Shown here: positions 51,365 to 61,717 of the stretch, piece by piece | How positions within the stretch are numbered: position 1 is the first letter of the stretch | Layout: each line of letters starts with the position of its first letter | NCBI GenBank assembly: GCA_965223425.1 | Contig: OZ245003.1 | Span: forward strand, 2,016,001-2,080,000 | Source of the DNA: Nitrosopumilus sp. | GTDB lineage: Archaea > Thermoproteota > Nitrososphaeria > Nitrososphaerales > Nitrosopumilaceae | Reading direction: 5' to 3' | Length of the DNA stretch: 64,000 nucleotides | Program-made: the position numbers and the translations under genes | Notes under the pieces: generated by a model | Seen by the model: only the letters and a program-made list of their open reading frames with translations | What the model was told of the DNA's origin: nothing | Databases searched by the model: none

Positions 51365-52680
51365 TATCCATGTGAATTCTTTATAAACATTCCTTGCAAA
51401 CTGTCACAGTGTTGAATGGCTCACGCTGGGGTTGATCCAAATTCCAAAAGATGAGCGGACAAGTATCCATTCGGGATCTTACTCCCAGTGCCATTCTTCA
51501 TCCATTTGTTAGATTGAACCGCAGTTAATTGCCCGAGGTGTAACCTCAACGCATAAAACGCAGACAGACTCTAACCGTAATAAATTATTTTTGGGCAACA
51601 TACTCTTTTTTCTCCTTTAGCATCCAATATATTACACGTATCAGCTTTGATGCCGCTGCAACCTTTGCCTTTGATCTTCCTCTCTTTTTTGCAAGACGGT
51701 TGCAGAATCTTGTAATGTCGCTGTCAGGCGCGTGTCTTGTATGGGTCTGGATTGCCTCCACTGCTATCCATCGCAGCATACGGCTTCCCCTCTTTGTTAT
51801 CCTGCCGTGGTGTACCGTCTCAGCAGAGTTTCTCACGGACGGAACAATGCCCGCGTATGCACACAGTTTGTGCGAGTCTGAAAATCTTTTGACATTGCCA
51901 ATCTCCGAATATATTGCAAGCGCAGAATAATACCCTATTCCAGGAACGGTGGTCAGCAGACTGATGTTCTGATCCCTTTTGACTATCCGGCGGGTTTTTA
52001 CATCCATTTTGTAGATCTGCCCGTCTAGAAACGCTATGGAATCAAGGAACGAATCTATGCGATAGTTCCTCAGTTTTCTCAATTCCCTTACGTGGCCGGA
52101 TCCGAATCCGCCGGATTTTGTCTTGATTCCGTTTTGCAAGAGTATCCCATGTATGGAATTCTTCATGACTGTTCTTGTCTTGACCAGTTTGTTTCTGTGT
52201 CTTGCAAGGTGTCTTAGCTCTACTATGTCATTGTCGGGCACGTGGCACTGTGCAATGTAGCCCCCTCTCAATAGATTTGCCAGCGCCTGCGCGTCCACCT
52301 TGTCTGTTTTTTTGAGCGACGTTGCAATTACCTTGGTGCTAAACGGATTGGATACGATTACATTTAATCCCAGCGTATCTGTGAGAAACCGGTATAGGCC
52401 GTACCAGACAGATGATGATTCCAGCACGTATTTTGAGTCCCTTGGGATCATGGCAAATGTTTTCCTGATCTCCGCATGATTGTTCTTTATCTTCATGTTG
52501 GACTGCAGTGTCCCGCCGCCATCCAGTACTGCAACTTGAATCGTCTCCTTGTGCACGTCTAGTCCAACATACATGATCTTGTCAGAACCACGGGTAATCT
52601 GTTTCTTTGTTTTTTTCTTTTTAAAGGACTTGATGCCAGTGTCATCTAAAATTCCTTTTCTCCGAGCCTTCACATATGGT
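51365..52680 (-). mobile_element. IS110 (IS1111-type) type A copy 2
   Basis: Near-identical inverted copy of 30250-31565; TA core. Confidence 0.92.
51585..52673 (-). CDS. IS110-family DEDD recombinase
   Basis: Differs from 30257-31345 at only a few residues. Confidence 0.95.
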   Translation of the reverse strand: MKARRKGILDDTGIKSFKKKKTKKQITRGSDKIMYVGLDVHKETIQVAVLDGGGTLQSNMKIKNNHAEIRKTFAMIPRDSKYVLESSSVWYGLYRFLTDTLGLNVIVSNPFSTKVIATSLKKTDKVDAQALANLLRGGYIAQCHVPDNDIVELRHLARHRNKLVKTRTVMKNSIHGILLQNGIKTKSGGFGSGHVRELRKLRNYRIDSFLDSIAFLDGQIYKMDVKTRRIVKRDQNISLLTTVPGIGYYSALAIYSEIGNVKRFSDSHKLCAYAGIVPSVRNSAETVHHGRITKRGSRMLRWIAVEAIQTHTRHAPDSDITRFCNRLAKKRGRSKAKVAAASKLIRVIYWMLKEKKEYVAQK

Positions 52681-54173
52681 TAATTGAATCATAAAAATTT
52701 TTCCGAAAGATTTAGATCCATTTTGATCGCCGCAACAGGTAATGGAATCTTCAGAACAGACTATACGCAGGCTGCAAAGGGAGCTCAAGCAGAAGGACAC
52801 AGCAATCAAGCAAAAGGACACAGCAATCAAGCAAAAGGACACAGCAATCAAGCAGAACAACAGAGCAATCAAGCAGAACAACAGAGCAATCAGGCAAAAG
52901 GACGCAGCAATCAGCAGGCGCGAGAAGACAATTGGCCTGCTGCGCGAGCAGCTGCTGCTGCGCGAGGACGGCCTGTGGGCCGTTACAGATGCAGGCCGCT
53001 CTGATACGGACACGTCGCTGCTGCACATCAGGGAGGTGATCCACGGCATACTGCACAACAGCGCAAAGCTTGCGGGAATTACCTCGTATGACCTTGACCA
53101 GTTTGACTACATCTGCAATGACTTTGTGGCAGAGTCAAAGAGGCACAACAAAGACGCGCCGCTCTTTTCAGAGGACGAAACACCGGATCCCGGAAACCGC
53201 TGCCTGCCTGGCCGCAGATCTGTTCTGCTCATGGCGCTGTTCCGCAAGCGCTCAAACGTGACGCAGGATGCACTGGGAGTGCTGTTTGATGTTGACCAGT
53301 CCACCGTGTGCAGGTACCTCAAGTTCGCAGATTCCGTGCTGGCAGGGATCCTGCCTACTGCAGACAGGATGACCCGTCTGGTAAAAAAGGCCGAGACATC
53401 AGAGCAGCTAGAGCAGCTAATGCCGGACAGAACCATCATAATTGACGGCACCGAGGCGGTGCCAAGGCAGCGTCCGCAGGACAGGGATAAAAGAAAAAAC
53501 ACGTACTCTGGCAAAAAGAAGCGCTTTACGATTAACACCGCCATAACAACAAACAGGGCAGGGCCTGATACCTGCAGCAGGCAGGTCCTTTGAGGGCGGG
53601 ACGCATGACCTTACCATGATAAGAGAGGATCCGACAGACTGGCAGGCGGTCTAAATCCATGTACAAAAAGGACACTCCGGAAAAGGACAGGATACGGGTA
53701 CTTGCAGACAAGGGGTACCAGGGATGCCAATCACTACACGGGAATAGCACTTGAGATGCCGGAAAAAAAGAGGCCGCGGACGGAGCTGACGCAGCAGCAA
53801 AAGGACTCGAACAAAAGGATCAGCGCCAAGAGGGTAAAGGCGGGGCACGCCATCGGAAGAATAAAGCAGTGGGCGAGGATGACAGACCCGTACGACGGCA
53901 CGGTAGAGGAGTTTCGCGAGGAGCTGGCTGTGTGTACCGGCCTTGCGAACTTTCAACTGCTGTGGGATGCAAAGAAAAAGCGGCCGTCACTTGGTTATTG
54001 ACGGCACAGCACAGGGTGCATGAGGCACTGCAAGAGTGCGCACGGGTTTTGAATTTCTGCGAATTTACAATGATCTTTTGCATCAAAATTAAATAATTTT
54101 CTGGACTGGCTTTGTGTGTCTTGGTAGTGTGTGCTGCAGAAAAAATTTGACGGGTCAATTATGCATAAAGTCT

Positions 54174-54415
54174 ACAGTATCAAATGGTTCACTTTTAATT
54201 ATGGCTTGAATTTGTTGTCCCTTCTCTGAAAAATTTAATGTGTAATAAGGAACAGGATTATTTCTGTATTCTTCAATGATCTTATCTGCTCTCAATTCTT
54301 CATAAGCAGTTTGAGTATTTCTTTCAAAATTACTGGCAAATGTTTTGAACACTTCTTCCTCATTCCTAATTCTATAATGTGTACCTGCCATCTTTCTATA
54401 CATGAAAAATTTCAC
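54174..54415 (-). pseudogene. Hypothetical gene 3'-truncated by ISL2-like copy 3
   Basis: ORF runs into the TIR, which supplies its stop. Confidence 0.5.
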
Positions 54416-54480
54416 AATTCTTCGTTTTCATTCTTCAACAGTAATCATAGATTTAAGCTTCATAATATGGTATATATAAA

Positions 54481-54540
54481 TTGCCAATTTTGGCAATATA
54501 CAACGCCATTTTACGAAGCTTAAACTGCCAGTTTTGGCAA
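54481..54540. promoter_or_regulatory. Repeated palindromic operator-like sites TGCCAnTTTTGGCA
   Basis: TTGCCAATTTTGGCAA (54481-54496), CTGCCAGTTTTGGCAA (54525-54540). Confidence 0.55.
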
Positions 54541-54557
54541 ATTATATATAACTCCAA

Positions 54558-54902
54558 GTGTTATACAATAACATGGAAATATTAGAAAAGGAAGATAACA
54601 TACAACTTCCACTAACTCGTTTATTTCCTACTGCAAATGCAAAAGTTTTGGATTTTCTTTTGACAAATGAAGGACTGCAATATACAGAAGATGAAATTTC
54701 AGATCTAACTACAATCCCTTCAAGGACACTTCAAAGAAGTATCCAAAGTCTTCTTTCGGAAAAAGTAATAAAACGTGTGAAAAAAACTGGGCGTACATAT
54801 TACTACACAGCAAATCTTTCAGCACCACGAGTTAGCAGTTTGTTAAGTTACATCAATTCAACAATGATGGACAATTTGAATGAAGCATTACAAAACAAAT
54901 AA
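54558..54902 (+). CDS. Winged-helix transcriptional regulator
   Basis: KVLDFLL..YTEDEISDLTTIPSRTLQRSIQSL..GRTYYY. Confidence 0.8.
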   Translation: MLYNNMEILEKEDNIQLPLTRLFPTANAKVLDFLLTNEGLQYTEDEISDLTTIPSRTLQRSIQSLLSEKVIKRVKKTGRTYYYTANLSAPRVSSLLSYINSTMMDNLNEALQNK

Positions 54903-55124
54903 TCAACGAAACTGCTTGAGCTCCTTTTCAACTTCTGTAACTTTCTCAACAATATTCTTTTTTTGTTCTTTCAGGTAAGAAACTTCCAATTCAAGTGCTT
55001 TTTGTTTTGATTCTTTTTTTGTGGCTAATCCACAATACAACTCTTTCTTTTTTGAAATTTTTTGATCATAATATGTAAAATACAGATATTCTCTTCCCTT
55101 GACTTTTTTAGTTGTAATTGCCAA
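54903..55124 (-). CDS. Small basic protein (KGREYLY...LYCG), divergent from transposase stub
   Basis: 73-aa ORF. Confidence 0.6.
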   Translation of the reverse strand: MAITTKKVKGREYLYFTYYDQKISKKKELYCGLATKKESKQKALELEVSYLKEQKKNIVEKVTEVEKELKQFR

Positions 55125-55208
55125 TAATTTAAAATATTTTCAATACTCATAAACTTATCTCTTAAAGGGTATAACTTTATAATGTGGTTATACCATAGAA
55201 GGTATAAC

Positions 55209-55301
55209 ATGACGCCAAGAGGAGAAAAAGGAAAACAAATATCACTAAAATCAGATTTAATCAGAGTTTCAGATATTCAATACAGGGTACCTGTATCTTG
55301 A
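55209..55301 (+). pseudogene. IS6-like transposase N-terminal stub
   Basis: MTPRGEKGKQISLKSDLIRVSDIQYRV resembles N-termini at 9135 and 13587 and runs into the TIR. Confidence 0.45.
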
Positions 55302-55524
55302 CAGAATCAAGTCCTGGTCGCTTTTGATGATCTAGATAGCTAGTTGTCCAAAAGTGGGCAACACCAGATCCCAGACAGCCCTGCTGTTTGATTTTGGTGA
55401 TCTGGATCGCCTAAATCAACCAGAGCCCGTGCAAAAATCACGGAACATTCAATTGAAATCAGTCAATTTGAACAGCACCGAGTAATATCCTTGAACATAA
55501 ATAATCATCAATCAAATCGGATTT

Positions 55525-56226
55525 GTGAAGGCAGTAATTCTTGCTGGAGGATTAGGTACAAGGCTCCAGCCCTACACCACATTTCTTCCAAAGCCAATGC
55601 TACCGTTAGGTGAAAAACCAATATTAGAACATTTAATTGATTGGACAAGAAAAAACGGCGTAAAGTCAGTTGTTTTGTGTGTTAGTTATCTCAGAAAGAC
55701 AATTGAAGATTACTTTGAAGACGGAAAAAGATTTGGAGTAAATATCGAATACGCAGTTTCAAACAAGCCGCTAGCAACGGCAGGTCAACTTAAAACTGCA
55801 GAGGATTTCATAGATGGCACTTTTGTGTGCGTGTATGGGGATTCGGTTTTTGATTTTAGTCTTAGAAACATGATAAAGCAGCACCAAAAGAAAAAAGCAT
55901 TTGTCACAATGGGTCTTGATGAATACAAAACAAATTTGCCATATGGAGTGATTGAAACTTCTAAAACTGGAAAGGTTTTGAGTTGGAATGAAAAGCCAGA
56001 GATCAAAGTTGATGTAAACATGGGTTGTTATGTCATGGAGCCTAAAGTTTTGAGTTTTATTCCAAAAAACAAGCCATATGGAATGGATGATGTTATCAAG
56101 AAAGCAGTGAATAGAAAAAAATTAGTTAGTAGTTTTAAAACAAAGAAGGGGTTTACAGATATTGGTAACAAATCATCTTACAAAAAAGCATATCAAGACT
56201 ATATTCAAAAACTTGGAAAGATCTGA
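55525..56226 (+). CDS. Sugar-phosphate nucleotidyltransferase
   Basis: LAGGLGTRL..PKPM, YGD, EKP. Confidence 0.92.
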   Translation: MKAVILAGGLGTRLQPYTTFLPKPMLPLGEKPILEHLIDWTRKNGVKSVVLCVSYLRKTIEDYFEDGKRFGVNIEYAVSNKPLATAGQLKTAEDFIDGTFVCVYGDSVFDFSLRNMIKQHQKKKAFVTMGLDEYKTNLPYGVIETSKTGKVLSWNEKPEIKVDVNMGCYVMEPKVLSFIPKNKPYGMDDVIKKAVNRKKLVSSFKTKKGFTDIGNKSSYKKAYQDYIQKLGKI

Positions 56227-56234
56227 AAATAAAA

Positions 56235-56675
56235 ATGAGTGAACTAATTATCAGAAAATTAAAAAACGAGGATCTTCAAAATGGTTTCCTAACAACGCTT
56301 GATTCACTAAGACAGACAAGCGACGATATTGATAAAAACAAGGCAGGTAAAATTTTTAAAAAGATTAACGCAAATCCAGATCATGTTATAGCAGTTGCAG
56401 AATCAGATGGAAAGATAGTAGGCGCTGCGACGCTGATAATTGAACAAAAATTCATTCATAACGGAGGACTGGTAGGCCATATCGAAGATGTTGTGGTGGA
56501 CAAGCGATTCCAAGGACAAAAAATTGGAGAAAAAATTATGAAGTATCTTCTTGAAATTGCAAAAAAACGAGGCTGCTACAAGACAATTTTAGATTGCACG
56601 GAGGATGTAAAATCATTTTATGAAAAACTCGGCTTCAAACATGTTGCAAGCGAGTTAAGATACGATTACGTCTAG
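56235..56675 (+). CDS. GNAT, glucosamine-6-phosphate N-acetyltransferase-like
   Basis: EQKFIH, GHIEDVVV, GCYKTILDC, FYEKLGF. Confidence 0.88.
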   Translation: MSELIIRKLKNEDLQNGFLTTLDSLRQTSDDIDKNKAGKIFKKINANPDHVIAVAESDGKIVGAATLIIEQKFIHNGGLVGHIEDVVVDKRFQGQKIGEKIMKYLLEIAKKRGCYKTILDCTEDVKSFYEKLGFKHVASELRYDYV

Positions 56676-57112
56676 AAAAATTCTTTTTTGGGACGCTTCT
56701 TTTTCTCCTTGAACAGATATGCGCCAACAGCAATTACAGGAGCAGAGAGGGCCATAAACAAAATCGGCACATGCTGGACTGCATCTGTAAGGTATGTTTC
56801 GTCAATTTTGTCTAGCAATGAATGACAAACAAACATTCCTACTAACAAAATTATTCCGCCTGCAACAATCATTCCGCCAATTGGTTTTGAACCGTATTGT
56901 CTTGACATAATGAAGGCCACAGCAGCTAAAATTCCAGCAGGTGCAACACCAATTGAAATGAATTGAAGTATTTTTGGATCTGCTGAGAAGGATCCTAGAA
57001 ACTCAAAATCTTCTGGAACGTTGATCATAAAATTATAGACTGAAATCATTTCGCCTGCAAACATTGCAAACAAACCGACGCAGGTAATTGCAAGCCATTT
57101 CTCAACTGCCAT
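56672..57112 (-). CDS. Membrane hypothetical protein
   Basis: ~4 TM segments. Confidence 0.75.
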   Translation of the reverse strand: MAVEKWLAITCVGLFAMFAGEMISVYNFMINVPEDFEFLGSFSADPKILQFISIGVAPAGILAAVAFIMSRQYGSKPIGGMIVAGGIILLVGMFVCHSLLDKIDETYLTDAVQHVPILFMALSAPVIAVGAYLFKEKKKRPKKEFF

Positions 57113-57154
57113 AATTCTAACAAATTTTAGTTGATAAATAAACCATTCAAAAAA

Positions 57155-58171
57155 TCAAACAATGCCAACAAGATTTGCTAATTCTTTTCTGCACGCTGCT
57201 CCAAGTTTTTCAGCGGCCTGTTCAGGGGACACGTCATTTAAGAAAATGCCATATCCACGTTCTAGCCCAGACCAAGCCTTGGTAATTGGGTAAATTTCAA
57301 TATGCCAATGAATTTGTCTGCTGTTTTTCTTTTCAGGGGAAAGATGGAATACCAGATTATACGAAACATTTTTGATTGTTTTGGAAAGACCGCCCAAAGT
57401 AGACCTTAGAATTAGGGACAAGTCATTAATTTCTTTTTGAGTAATTTTTGAGAAACTTGTGGTGTGCTTCTTTGGGGAAATCCAAAACTCGTAAGGATAT
57501 GAAGGGGACCACGGACAAAATGCAATAAATCCTTCTGTTTGAAGTACCTGTCTTTTACCGCCGGTCTCTTCATTTACTATTTGACACATGGGGCAAACGC
57601 CCTTTTCATTCAGAATTTTGTGCGAAGCCTCGGCCTCTTCTTCAATTATTGGTGGGATCGTAGAAAATGTAAGAATGTGAAGGTGCGGATGGGGGTTTTC
57701 ATTGCCAGCCAGTTGGCCTTGATCAGCATAAATTGAAACGTATGTAACCCCTTTTTGGGTATAAAGCCATCTTAATCTATCCTGAACAACTACAAGAACA
57801 TTTGACCATTGCTCAGCGTCAATTGTTGCAAACGTGTCTGTTTTGTTAGGAGATGCAACCACAATGTAGTGATATCCATATGCAGGTTCGCTATAGAAAG
57901 GTCGATCGCTGTAGGAGTTTTCAGTCTCTGTTGACACTATAGGATTTTTACTTTCAAAAACCCTAATTGACCATCCTTCCACATACTCGTCTTCATTGTC
58001 TTGAAGGCGCTGTAGCATCCCATCTTTTGCAACAAGAGACAAAACAGAAGGATTTGTCATAGATTCATTCCCAGGGGCATAGGGGGATTTTTTTGGGTCA
58101 GTGACTTTATCATGTTTTTTTGAAACTATCATAAAACGCTCAGAAACATAATCTTTGCGCATATCCCCCAT
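57155..58171 (-). CDS. galT: Galactose-1-phosphate uridylyltransferase family protein
   Basis: HPHPHLH HIT-like motif, CPMC, HWHIEI.P, GLERG. Confidence 0.85.
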   Translation of the reverse strand: MGDMRKDYVSERFMIVSKKHDKVTDPKKSPYAPGNESMTNPSVLSLVAKDGMLQRLQDNEDEYVEGWSIRVFESKNPIVSTETENSYSDRPFYSEPAYGYHYIVVASPNKTDTFATIDAEQWSNVLVVVQDRLRWLYTQKGVTYVSIYADQGQLAGNENPHPHLHILTFSTIPPIIEEEAEASHKILNEKGVCPMCQIVNEETGGKRQVLQTEGFIAFCPWSPSYPYEFWISPKKHTTSFSKITQKEINDLSLILRSTLGGLSKTIKNVSYNLVFHLSPEKKNSRQIHWHIEIYPITKAWSGLERGYGIFLNDVSPEQAAEKLGAACRKELANLVGIV

Positions 58172-58411
58172 GATTGTTATTTGAAGTAAGCGTCTGTTAA
58201 AATGTTTACTAAGATCTGATTAAAACCAAAATAAAAAAAATTCCAGCAAAATTTTCATAAAGTTAGGACAATATTGCTTTCATCAATACATTATGTTTTA
58301 AAAAAATAAAATAACGAAGAAAAATTTCCCAAATACTGTATTTTGTTTTGATCGCATGTTTTGATGTAAGCTTTAAAGGAAAGCATCAGATCTTGGATAA
58401 GCAGGGGTATT

Positions 58412-59698
58412 TTGGATAATTCAGATGTTCATATGATTTACGTACTTTTAGATGGTGTTGGGGACTTGCCACATCCAGATTTGGATGGGAAAACACCATT
58501 AGAGGCCGCAAACACTTCAATTTTAGACAAAATTGCAAGCAACGGCGCAATTGGAGAAGTAATTTCTGTTGGAAAAGGAATAGCACCTGAATCAGATATT
58601 GCCGTGTTCAATATGTTGGGATACAAATTCAGTCATAGAGATTATGCCGGAAGAGGAGTGATTGAGGCCATAGGGATTGGCATTGATTTTAAAGATGGTG
58701 ATCTGGCTTTGCGAGGAAATTATTCCACACTAGATGATGAAGGCGTGATTACAGATCGAAGAGCTGGAAGACATATTGAAAAAGAAGATGCAGTTGGAGT
58801 GGCAAAAGAAATTGAACAAAAGATCAAATTCTCACATCCAGACACATCAGTTGTGGTGTCTCCAACAGTTGGACACAGGGTGACAGTCAGAATCAGAACA
58901 AACTCCAAAAAATTATCATCAAAAATCACCAATACGGATCCAGCATACAGTAACATTGGAGGCATGGGAGTGGCAAAAGCAGTCGGTGACTACTTGAAAA
59001 TTGAAAAATGTTTGCCGCTAGAAGAGACCGAAGATTCAAAGCTTACTGCAAACTTGGTAAACGAGTTTTCAGAGCAGTCAATTAGCATCATGAAGGAAGC
59101 AGAGATTAACAAAAGACGAAAAGAACAAAATAAAAAACAGCTTAGCTGTATTTTACTAAGAGACGCAGGCAACAAATATCCGGATGTCACTTCAATTAAT
59201 GAGAAATACGCAATGAATTTTTCGTGTATAGTAGATATGCCTGTTGAGCTTGGCATTTCAAAAGTTCTAGAAATGAAAGCATTCGAGGCGGGAGGGTTGA
59301 CAGATTATGAAGAAAAAGCGAGAGTGGCCGCAAAGGCCATGGAGACACAAAATGCAATATACGTTCACCTTAAAGGACCAGATGAATTTGGCCATGATGG
59401 AGATGCAATCGGCAAAATGAAAAACATAGAGGAAATTGATCAAAGATTCTTCAAAACTCTTGTTGAAAATATTGATTCAAGCAGAGTTGCAATTATCATA
59501 TCAGCTGATCATTCTACGCCTTGTATTAACAAAGGACATAGTGATGATCCTGTTCCGGTTTTAGTTTCAGGAGATTTTATTAAAAATGACGGAACAACAA
59601 GAATGACTGAGGAACAGGCCAAGAAAGGAAATATTGGTTTGCTTCAAGGCGCAGAAGTAGTTTCAAAATCCCTAGAATTAATTAAATCTCAAATCTAG
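58412..59698 (+). CDS. apgM: 2,3-bisphosphoglycerate-independent phosphoglycerate mutase (archaeal)
   Basis: DGVGD, TPLEAA, PESD, KGPDEFGHDG, ADHSTP. Confidence 0.93.
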   Translation: MDNSDVHMIYVLLDGVGDLPHPDLDGKTPLEAANTSILDKIASNGAIGEVISVGKGIAPESDIAVFNMLGYKFSHRDYAGRGVIEAIGIGIDFKDGDLALRGNYSTLDDEGVITDRRAGRHIEKEDAVGVAKEIEQKIKFSHPDTSVVVSPTVGHRVTVRIRTNSKKLSSKITNTDPAYSNIGGMGVAKAVGDYLKIEKCLPLEETEDSKLTANLVNEFSEQSISIMKEAEINKRRKEQNKKQLSCILLRDAGNKYPDVTSINEKYAMNFSCIVDMPVELGISKVLEMKAFEAGGLTDYEEKARVAAKAMETQNAIYVHLKGPDEFGHDGDAIGKMKNIEEIDQRFFKTLVENIDSSRVAIIISADHSTPCINKGHSDDPVPVLVSGDFIKNDGTTRMTEEQAKKGNIGLLQGAEVVSKSLELIKSQI

Positions 59699-60287
59699 TC
59701 AATTTGTTTGCTTGTTGCATTTCAATCGATTTATTTCTAATTCTATCAACGTCGATTGAATGATACTCAGAAGGAGAAGATCCCAGTTTCTCTAAAGCCC
59801 TACTTAACATCCCAATTCCAATACTTTCTTCATTTTCTTGTTCATGAGCAAATGCGACAGCTACCAGAATAATACCCTGAACCAGCTCTTTTTCTCGCCC
59901 ATAACACTGATTCCACACTCCTTCAAATGCCTCATGGCATTCCCAAAATCTCTCGTTGTTAAAGTAAAATATCCCGTCATTGATTCCCTGTTCTTTCTCT
60001 ATATGCTCCTCAACAACATGTCTGACATTGTCAATAGTCCCAATTGGGGCCAAGGTGTCAACAAGTGTGTCTAGATCTTCTTTTTGAGCAGCTACATCAA
60101 ATTCAATAAATTTAGTGGCCACTCTGGCAAGCCTTATTGATACATTCATGGCAGACACAAGATCTCTTGCTTTGTATGCCAATTCTCTGCATTGTTGAGG
60201 GACGTATCCTTCATTTTTAAAATGAAGCAAATATCGTTCCATGGAGTTATTTGACATGAATTTCTTAAATTTCTTCGCTAATTTCAA
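59682..60287 (-). CDS. DUF309-domain protein
   Basis: FNNERFWECHEAFEGVW. Confidence 0.85.
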   Translation of the reverse strand: MKLAKKFKKFMSNNSMERYLLHFKNEGYVPQQCRELAYKARDLVSAMNVSIRLARVATKFIEFDVAAQKEDLDTLVDTLAPIGTIDNVRHVVEEHIEKEQGINDGIFYFNNERFWECHEAFEGVWNQCYGREKELVQGIILVAVAFAHEQENEESIGIGMLSRALEKLGSSPSEYHSIDVDRIRNKSIEMQQANKLTRFEI

Positions 60288-60298
60288 TCAAGGTTTAT

Positions 60299-60781
60299 AT
60301 GAAATATCCAAAGGATTTGGGATACATGTCTATTATCGAGACCATCACAGATGTGGATAATACTTTCTTATCTAGAAGAGAGCTGACGTGCAATTTTGCA
60401 GGATTAGCCGGCAAACTCAAAAAGACTGAAGCAGTAGATATGATTACTAAGGAATTCAAACTAGATGGCAAAGTGATAATTCCAATGAGATTAAAAACAC
60501 ATGTAGGAAAACCAACAATTACAGGTACTTTCTATGTTTATGATGATGAAGGACTGGCAAAAAAACATGTAGACCCAACAATTTTCTCAAGATTAGAAAA
60601 GGCCAAAGCTAAACTTGCAGAAGCCGAAGCAGTAACAAAGGAAGCTGCTGCTGCTGAAGAGAAGCCAGCTGAAGGGGCAGAGGATGCAACAAAAGAAGTT
60701 CCTGCAGAAGAGAAACCAGCTGAAGCGGCAGGGGTAAAAACAGATGATGTGGCAGATAAAAAAGAGGAGAAACCTGAGTAA
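60299..60781 (+). CDS. rps24e: Ribosomal protein eS24 with acidic C-terminal extension
   Basis: [20 protein letters not shown]; upstream of S27ae. Confidence 0.85.
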   Translation: MKYPKDLGYMSIIETITDVDNTFLSRRELTCNFAGLAGKLKKTEAVDMITKEFKLDGKVIIPMRLKTHVGKPTITGTFYVYDDEGLAKKHVDPTIFSRLEKAKAKLAEAEAVTKEAAAAEEKPAEGAEDATKEVPAEEKPAEAAGVKTDDVADKKEEKPE

Positions 60782-60957
60782 TGGCAGGCAAAAAAGGTTC
60801 TAGCCCAAATGTTTATGCATACTACAAAGTCGACGGAGACAAAGTATCAAGAATTAGAAAGATTTGTTCTAGATGCGGAAAGGGTGTGTTTATGTCAGAA
60901 CACAAAGATAGACACACGTGCGGAAAATGTGGGTTAACTGAATTTAATCAACAATAA
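60781..60957 (+). CDS. rps27ae: Ribosomal protein S27ae (eS31)
   Basis: [34 protein letters not shown]. Confidence 0.95.
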   Translation: MAGKKGSSPNVYAYYKVDGDKVSRIRKICSRCGKGVFMSEHKDRHTCGKCGLTEFNQQ

Positions 60958-60967
60958 ATTAATTAAT

Positions 60968-61675
60968 TTAATATAACCTTTTTTTACGAATTTTAGAACT
61001 CTTTTCTTCTAATTGTTCAATTTTCGAAATAAATTTAGGCTCTAATTTAATTTTAGAAAGAGATTCTGCAGATAGTTTTACAGTATTGCTATCTAAAGAT
61101 ATGTTCGTTTTAGGAAGATTTTTGTCAGCCCAAAATTTCATGACTTTGTCCTCAAGTTTGTAATCACGAAAACCCGCAGGAAATTTTTTTGTGATATGGT
61201 TTAGCAAAGTGCGGTCTTTAAAGACAACTCTGGGTTCGAACAATCGAGTTTCATCGCTGTAAACGTTTTCAAATAAATTGCCAGAGATTTCATCAGACAG
61301 TAGTTCCATTTTTGAAATTTTTCTTATTAATTCTAGAAAATGTAAAAATTCATGTGCTAGAATTGCATGAACTGTTCCTTTGAGCCCATAAGCAACCAAG
61401 GGAGCTGAAATCTGAATTACAACCTGAAATTGCTCTTCAAACATCACAGGAATTGTTCTTGCAAACAAGATTCCATATTCATAAGAGTTTGGATTTGGGG
61501 AAGAAAGTACAAGGGATGGTTCAACGTATGCAACAGGATATTGAATTCCAGATGCTTTTTCAATTCGGTTTATCCCCTCAACAGTAATAGGAAAACGCTT
61601 TATGGCAAGATCATACACGCTGTCGGGAATTATTCCTTTAGTGTGTGCATCTTTGAGACGTATTAGCGGATTCAA
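60968..61675 (-). CDS. Hypothetical protein with HExxH motif
   Basis: ILAHEFLH. Confidence 0.75.
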   Translation of the reverse strand: MNPLIRLKDAHTKGIIPDSVYDLAIKRFPITVEGINRIEKASGIQYPVAYVEPSLVLSSPNPNSYEYGILFARTIPVMFEEQFQVVIQISAPLVAYGLKGTVHAILAHEFLHFLELIRKISKMELLSDEISGNLFENVYSDETRLFEPRVVFKDRTLLNHITKKFPAGFRDYKLEDKVMKFWADKNLPKTNISLDSNTVKLSAESLSKIKLEPKFISKIEQLEEKSSKIRKKRLY

Positions 61676-61717
61676 TGGTCTTCCTCGACAATTATGAATG
61701 TAAAAAGGTTGATTTAA

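Larger units (their letters stand above)
51353..54173 (+). mobile_element. ISL2-like element, copy 3 (left TIR split by IS110)
   Basis: AGACTTTATGCG|...|TAATTGA left end, intact right TIR to 54173; frameshifted transposase 52742-54001. Confidence 0.9.
45270..55308. mobile_element. Large nested IS6-like non-autonomous transposon
   Basis: Left TIR reconstructs to GATTCTGTCAAGTTATCGGG after removing IS110 type B; right TIR rc GATTCTGTCAAGATACAGG (55290-55308); truncated transposase start at 55209. Confidence 0.65.
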
